A DNA stretch of 64,000 nt. Source: Bythopirellula sp. Its GTDB lineage: Bacteria > Planctomycetota > Planctomycetia > Pirellulales > Lacipirellulaceae. Each line of letters opens with the position of its first letter. The first letter of the stretch is position 1. The position numbers and the translations under genes were made by a program. The notes beneath the pieces are model-generated. The model was not told where the DNA came from. It did not search any database and saw only the letters and a program-made list of their open reading frames with translations. This document shows positions 59,780-64,000 of this stretch, piece after piece. The DNA lies in contig OZ244170.1 of the NCBI GenBank assembly GCA_965216565.1, forward strand, positions 4,576,001-4,640,000, written 5' to 3'.

Positions 59780-62700
59780 ATGCTTTCCAAATTTTTTATT
59801 GACCGTCCCGTTTTTGCCAATGTCATCGCCATCATCATGGTGATTCTCGGCGTGGTAGCTTTGTACAATCTTCCAGTCGAACAGTACCCCAAGATTACTC
59901 CGCCCACAGTCCAGGTGACCACTCTCTATCCTGGTGCCAATGCACGCGTCGTGGCGGACACCGTCGCCGCTCCCATCGAGCAGCAAGTGAACGGTGTCGA
60001 AGGGATGTTATACATGTCGTCGAATTGTTCGGCAGACGGCTCCTACACGCTGACCATTACATTCGATATTAGCATCGACTTAGACACAGCTCAGGTACTG
60101 GTTCAAAACCGCGTCGCGATTGCGGAACCGCTTCTTCCAGAGGAAGTGCGCCGACAGGGAATCTCCGTTAAGAAGCAATCGACCGACATCATCCTGGTCA
60201 TCTCGCTTGTTTCTCCCGATGAGACATTCGACAGCCTTTTCATGGCGAACTACGCGACCTTGCGGCTCCGTGACGAATTGAGCCGCGTTTCGGGCGTCGG
60301 TGATGTGGTTGCCCGCGGGGGAACAGACTATAGCATGCGGGTCTGGCTCGATCCCGAGCGACTGAGCGCTCGCAATCTGACAACACAGGACGTGATTGCC
60401 GCCCTCCGGGATCAAAACGTACAGGTAGCGGCCGGTCAAATTGGTCAGGCGCCTGCGCCGGAAAACCAATTGCTGCAACTACCCGTGACCGCACTTGGCC
60501 GACTTAGCGAGGCTGAACAATTCGAAGAGATTATCATCAAGAAACAGCGCGGGCGAGTAACGTATCTCCGCGACGTGGCCCGTGTTGAATTGGGGAGCCA
60601 ATCCTACGACTCGTTTAGTGTCCGATCGGGCACGCCGACCGTGAGCATTCTCATTTATCAATTACCCGGCGCGAACGCACTGGAAGTCGCGGACAATGTC
60701 CGCGAGTCGATCGAGCACCTCAAGCAGGATTTCCCAGCTGGTTTGGATTATGCGATTCCCTTTGATACGACGAAGTTTGTCGAGGCTGGCGTCGAAGGCG
60801 TGTACCATACCTTGATTGAAGCCGGAGTCCTCGTCCTACTGGTGATTCTCGCCTTCTTGCACGACTGGCGAGCGGTGCTGGTTCCCGCGACAACCGTTCC
60901 GGTCACAATCATCGGCGCATTCGCTGTCATGCCGCTTCTGGGATTCACCATTAATTTCCTCACCTTGTTCGGAGTCGTGCTGGCGATCGGAATTGTCGTG
61001 GACGACGCCATCGTGATTGTGGAGAACGCGGCGCACCACATCGAGCGAGGACTGACGCCACGCGATGCATCTATCAAGGCGATGGAGGAAATGACAGGAC
61101 CGGTCATTAGCATCACACTGGTGCTCACGGCCGTGTTTCTTCCCGCTGCCTTTCTCGGTGGCATCACCGGTCAACTCTACCGACAATTCGCGCTAACCAT
61201 TGCCGTGACCGCTGTCCTCAGCGCCATCAACGCTCTGACCCTGAAGCCCGTGCAGTGCGCGACCTATCTTCGCCCACTACCTGAAAAGCGGAACCTCTTC
61301 GTCCGCGGATTCAACCGTGTGTATGGATGGGTCGAAACGGTTTACGTGTGGATCCTTAATCAGTTCCTCCGCGTCGCCGTGGTCGCGATGCTGCTCTTTT
61401 TTGGACTGATCGGTGGCACCACCTGGTGGTATTTCTCCCTCCCCACAGGTTTCCTGCCGACAGAGGATCAAGGATATGTGTTGGTGAGCGTTCAATTGCC
61501 AGACGGCGCGTCTCAGGGGCGAACGAGGGCGGTCGTTGACAAGCTGGACAAGGTGTTTTCCAGCGAACCGGCCATCGACAACTGGTTGGTCCTCGGTGGG
61601 CTCTCGATTCTGGATGGAACGACTGCTCCCAATGCCGCCACGGCCTTCGCGGTCTTTAAGGACTGGGGCGAGCGTTCCGACCCGGAACTCAAACAGGAGG
61701 CGATCGTCGCTAGGCTACGGCGTGAGATGGGGCAATTTCACGAAGCCATTATTTTTCCCATTGTTCCTCCTGCAATCCGAGGATTGGGCCAGTCGGGCGG
61801 GTTCCAGTTCCAGATTGAAGACCGTTCAGGCGTGGGCAGAGAAGAACTGTTCCAGCGCCTTCAAGACGTTCTCCAGGCCGCAAAAAACCGTCCGGAACTT
61901 GGCCCCATGCAGACGACTTTTCGTGCGGGAGTACCCCAATTGTTCGCCGACGTGGATCGAATAAAAGCCCAAAAGCTGGACTTGGATCTTGACGACGTTT
62001 ACAGCACCTTGCAGGCCAACCTGGGATCATTTTATGCCAACGATTTCAATAAGTTTGGTCGTACCTATCAGGTCCGCCTTCAAGCTGAGCAACAATTTCG
62101 CGATTCGGCCGACGACGTGTACCGTCTGCGCGTCCGCAACGCCAACGGGCGAATGATCCCGATCGGATCAGTGCTCACCATTGACGAAGCCTTCGGACCG
62201 CAGGTGATCAACCGGTACAATCTTTATCCGACCGCATCAATCATCGGTTCGTCGGCTCCGGGACGAAGTTCCGGCGATGCCCTGGAGGCAATGGAAAAAG
62301 TAGCACGCGACGTTCTTCCGTCAACGATGGGCTCCGAATGGACCGGCATGGCCTATCAGGAAAAACTCGTGGGCGGACAAGCGCTCTTCGTGTTCGCCTT
62401 GGCGGTTTTGCTCGTGTACCTAGTCCTCGCCGCTCAATATGAGAGCTGGATCCTTCCACTGGCCGTGATTCTGGTGGTGCCCATTGGGATGCTGGGTGTG
62501 GTGGCGGGAGTCTGGTTCCGGGGAATGGACAACAATGTGTACACACAAATTGGAACGGTGCTGATTATCGCCCTTGCAAGTAAGAATGCAATTCTCATTG
62601 TCGAGTTCGCACGCGAGTTGCGCATGCACGGGCGTAGTATTCACGAAGCGGCGGTCGAGGCGTCACGCCTGCGTTTTCGCCCCATTTTGATGACATCTTT

Positions 62701-62896
62701 CGCCTTTATTCTGGGCGTGGTCCCGCTGGTCATGGCCAACGGTGCGGGGGCCGCTAGCCAGCAGTCTTTGGGAACGGCCGTCGTCGGTGGAATGATCACT
62801 TCGACGGTGCTCGCTGTCTTCTTCGTACCGCTTTTCTATGTCGTCATGCAGCATTTGAGCGAGTGGCGAACGCCGGCAACTACGCATGCCGAATGA
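59780..62896 (+). CDS. RND efflux permease (HAE1, AcrB/MexF-like)
   Basis: FFIDRPVFA, GIVVDDAIVIVEN, KNAILIVEFA and RFRPILMTS motifs. Confidence 0.96.
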   Translation: MLSKFFIDRPVFANVIAIIMVILGVVALYNLPVEQYPKITPPTVQVTTLYPGANARVVADTVAAPIEQQVNGVEGMLYMSSNCSADGSYTLTITFDISIDLDTAQVLVQNRVAIAEPLLPEEVRRQGISVKKQSTDIILVISLVSPDETFDSLFMANYATLRLRDELSRVSGVGDVVARGGTDYSMRVWLDPERLSARNLTTQDVIAALRDQNVQVAAGQIGQAPAPENQLLQLPVTALGRLSEAEQFEEIIIKKQRGRVTYLRDVARVELGSQSYDSFSVRSGTPTVSILIYQLPGANALEVADNVRESIEHLKQDFPAGLDYAIPFDTTKFVEAGVEGVYHTLIEAGVLVLLVILAFLHDWRAVLVPATTVPVTIIGAFAVMPLLGFTINFLTLFGVVLAIGIVVDDAIVIVENAAHHIERGLTPRDASIKAMEEMTGPVISITLVLTAVFLPAAFLGGITGQLYRQFALTIAVTAVLSAINALTLKPVQCATYLRPLPEKRNLFVRGFNRVYGWVETVYVWILNQFLRVAVVAMLLFFGLIGGTTWWYFSLPTGFLPTEDQGYVLVSVQLPDGASQGRTRAVVDKLDKVFSSEPAIDNWLVLGGLSILDGTTAPNAATAFAVFKDWGERSDPELKQEAIVARLRREMGQFHEAIIFPIVPPAIRGLGQSGGFQFQIEDRSGVGREELFQRLQDVLQAAKNRPELGPMQTTFRAGVPQLFADVDRIKAQKLDLDLDDVYSTLQANLGSFYANDFNKFGRTYQVRLQAEQQFRDSADDVYRLRVRNANGRMIPIGSVLTIDEAFGPQVINRYNLYPTASIIGSSAPGRSSGDALEAMEKVARDVLPSTMGSEWTGMAYQEKLVGGQALFVFALAVLLVYLVLAAQYESWILPLAVILVVPIGMLGVVAGVWFRGMDNNVYTQIGTVLIIALASKNAILIVEFARELRMHGRSIHEAAVEASRLRFRPILMTSFAFILGVVPLVMANGAGAASQQSLGTAVVGGMITSTVLAVFFVPLFYVVMQHLSEWRTPATTHAE

Positions 62897-62954
62897 ATGA
62901 ACGCGAAACTCATCCGACTGGTGCGTCCCAACAGAGGCCGCCGAACCTGATGTG

Positions 62955-63180
62955 CGGCTGCGACACAGAGATGAACGGTAGATTGTATTCCGACTCCATC
63001 CATTCGAGTTCGACGTAATCGAAGAGGTTGCGGGCAGCGCGGTCCGCTTGTAGAAGAGCAGGCCATCGAGGAACGGAGCGTTCTTCTTGACGTTGGCGAT
63101 CAACTCGCGGAAGGTCGTGCGTTCCTCACCCTCGCTGGCCATCTCGGCGATCTCGAAGAGCTTGACGATTTCGCTGCTGG
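62955..63180 (-). pseudogene. Serine recombinase catalytic-domain remnant
   Basis: EIVKLFEIAEMAS..ERTTFRELI...LDGLLFYK, then a frameshift to DRAARNLFDYVELE...LPFISVSQP. Confidence 0.75.
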
Positions 63181-64000
63181 TCTGGATTGTGTGGACATTC
63201 AGTTCATGGTCGTGAGCACAGCAGCAAGCCAGACCCGGACGACCTTGTGCATTGACTGAGGCATGGATTTTCAACATCATTCCTCCACGAGATCGACTAA
63301 TGCAACGCCGCTGGTTGGGAGTTTCTTTCCTCAACCAGACGGCGAGTTCCGGCGGAAACCTGATGGTCCTTAACCATGGCAGAGTCCAATTGAGGCTCGT
63401 CCAGGCACGGCTTGCCATGGTTTTCCCTTCTTGGGTTCACATCCAGCCTCACAGGTATTCAAATGTTACCAGTTATGGTCTCCATCACAAGAATATCAAG
63501 TCTGCCGTTCACCCAGCTCTCAGTTTGACGCAGACTGCCTCTCGACCCTACACTAGAGTGCAGTAGGCTTGCATCCGGGCCTGGTGGTCGCGCTCGGCGT
63601 CAGATGCTTTAGCGTTGAAGCCACTCTTTGTTGTGGAGGGCTCATGGCCGCCGCCGGGTGCCAAAAGCACCCGATTCGCTGGCTTACTGCTGAGGATATT
63701 CGGAATCTACAACGCATGCGTCGTCAGGTCGTAGTCAATGCTATGCTCTCGGGTGAACTCCCCTACGAGCAGTGTGGCCGTATCCGCTACGCCCGATTAT
63801 CCGACGTTGAGGCGTGGGAAGAATCACGGCTAAGTCGAGATGCCATTCCCGGAACCACCTTGGGTTCATCCGGACCTCGCCGAGTTCACCTAAGTCGGCC
63901 TTGGTGGACTTCAAGCACTTTCGGACCCACTCAATCAGTAGACGGTCTTCTGGAGCAACTGGCTTCATGTAAACGTCGGCAACCTGTGAGCTGGCTGAGT

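Larger units (their letters stand above)
11294..64000. mobile_element. tRNA-Gly-associated genomic island / integrative mobilizable element (right end not seen)
   Basis: Begins at a broken tRNA; carries ardA, R-M/CBASS, oriT, MOBF relaxase, T4CP, DUF932-like gene and recombinase remnant; right boundary uncertain. Confidence 0.75.

Noticed and set aside
62663..63418. 251-aa minus-strand ORF as a real gene
   Set aside because: Chimera of a recombinase remnant and sequence antisense to the RND gene
63560..64000. Gene running off the window end
   Set aside because: Interrupted by stops or frameshifts and no family recognised
1..64000. CRISPR array, reverse transcriptase/retron, intact integrase, complete ICE T4SS
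   Set aside because: No regularly spaced repeats, no YADD-type RT ORF, no intact recombinase and no VirB4-type genes were seen

Overview
This 64 kb window looks like a planctomycete chromosome, judged from DUF1501, DUF1549/DUF1553, ECF sigma, MoxR and DUF1207 genes. About 11.2 kb of core-like genes end at a 3'-truncated tRNA-Gly(CCC) at 11254-11293. From there a large accessory island runs to or beyond the window end. In order, it carries: (i) a putative replication initiator with internal iteron-like repeats; (ii) a hairpin-led cassette of a small ssDNA-binding-like gene plus ardA; (iii) a tightly coupled 14.4 kb defence operon in which a type I R-M system (half hsdS, hsdM, hsdS, hsdR, YgjP-like protease) is interleaved with a PD-(D/E)xK coiled-coil protein, an alpha/beta hydrolase, a DUF4209/HEPN-like protein and a short type II CBASS (patatin, CD-NTase, E2-SEC-C); (iv) an oriT with an F-like nic site, an RHH-like gene, a MOBF relaxase-helicase and a coupling protein, with no T4SS genes in view; (v) an ORF-less, circularly permuted group II intron on the minus strand (D5-D6, a 50-nt exon, then GUGCG-D1-D2-D3) predicted to back-splice a small RNA circle; (vi) a DUF932-like cassette bracketed by inverted repeats; and (vii) two TetR-regulated RND efflux loci with shared palindromic operators, a 226-bp duplication, and pirin and serine recombinase remnants. 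All calls come from motif reading by eye; no database searches were run.
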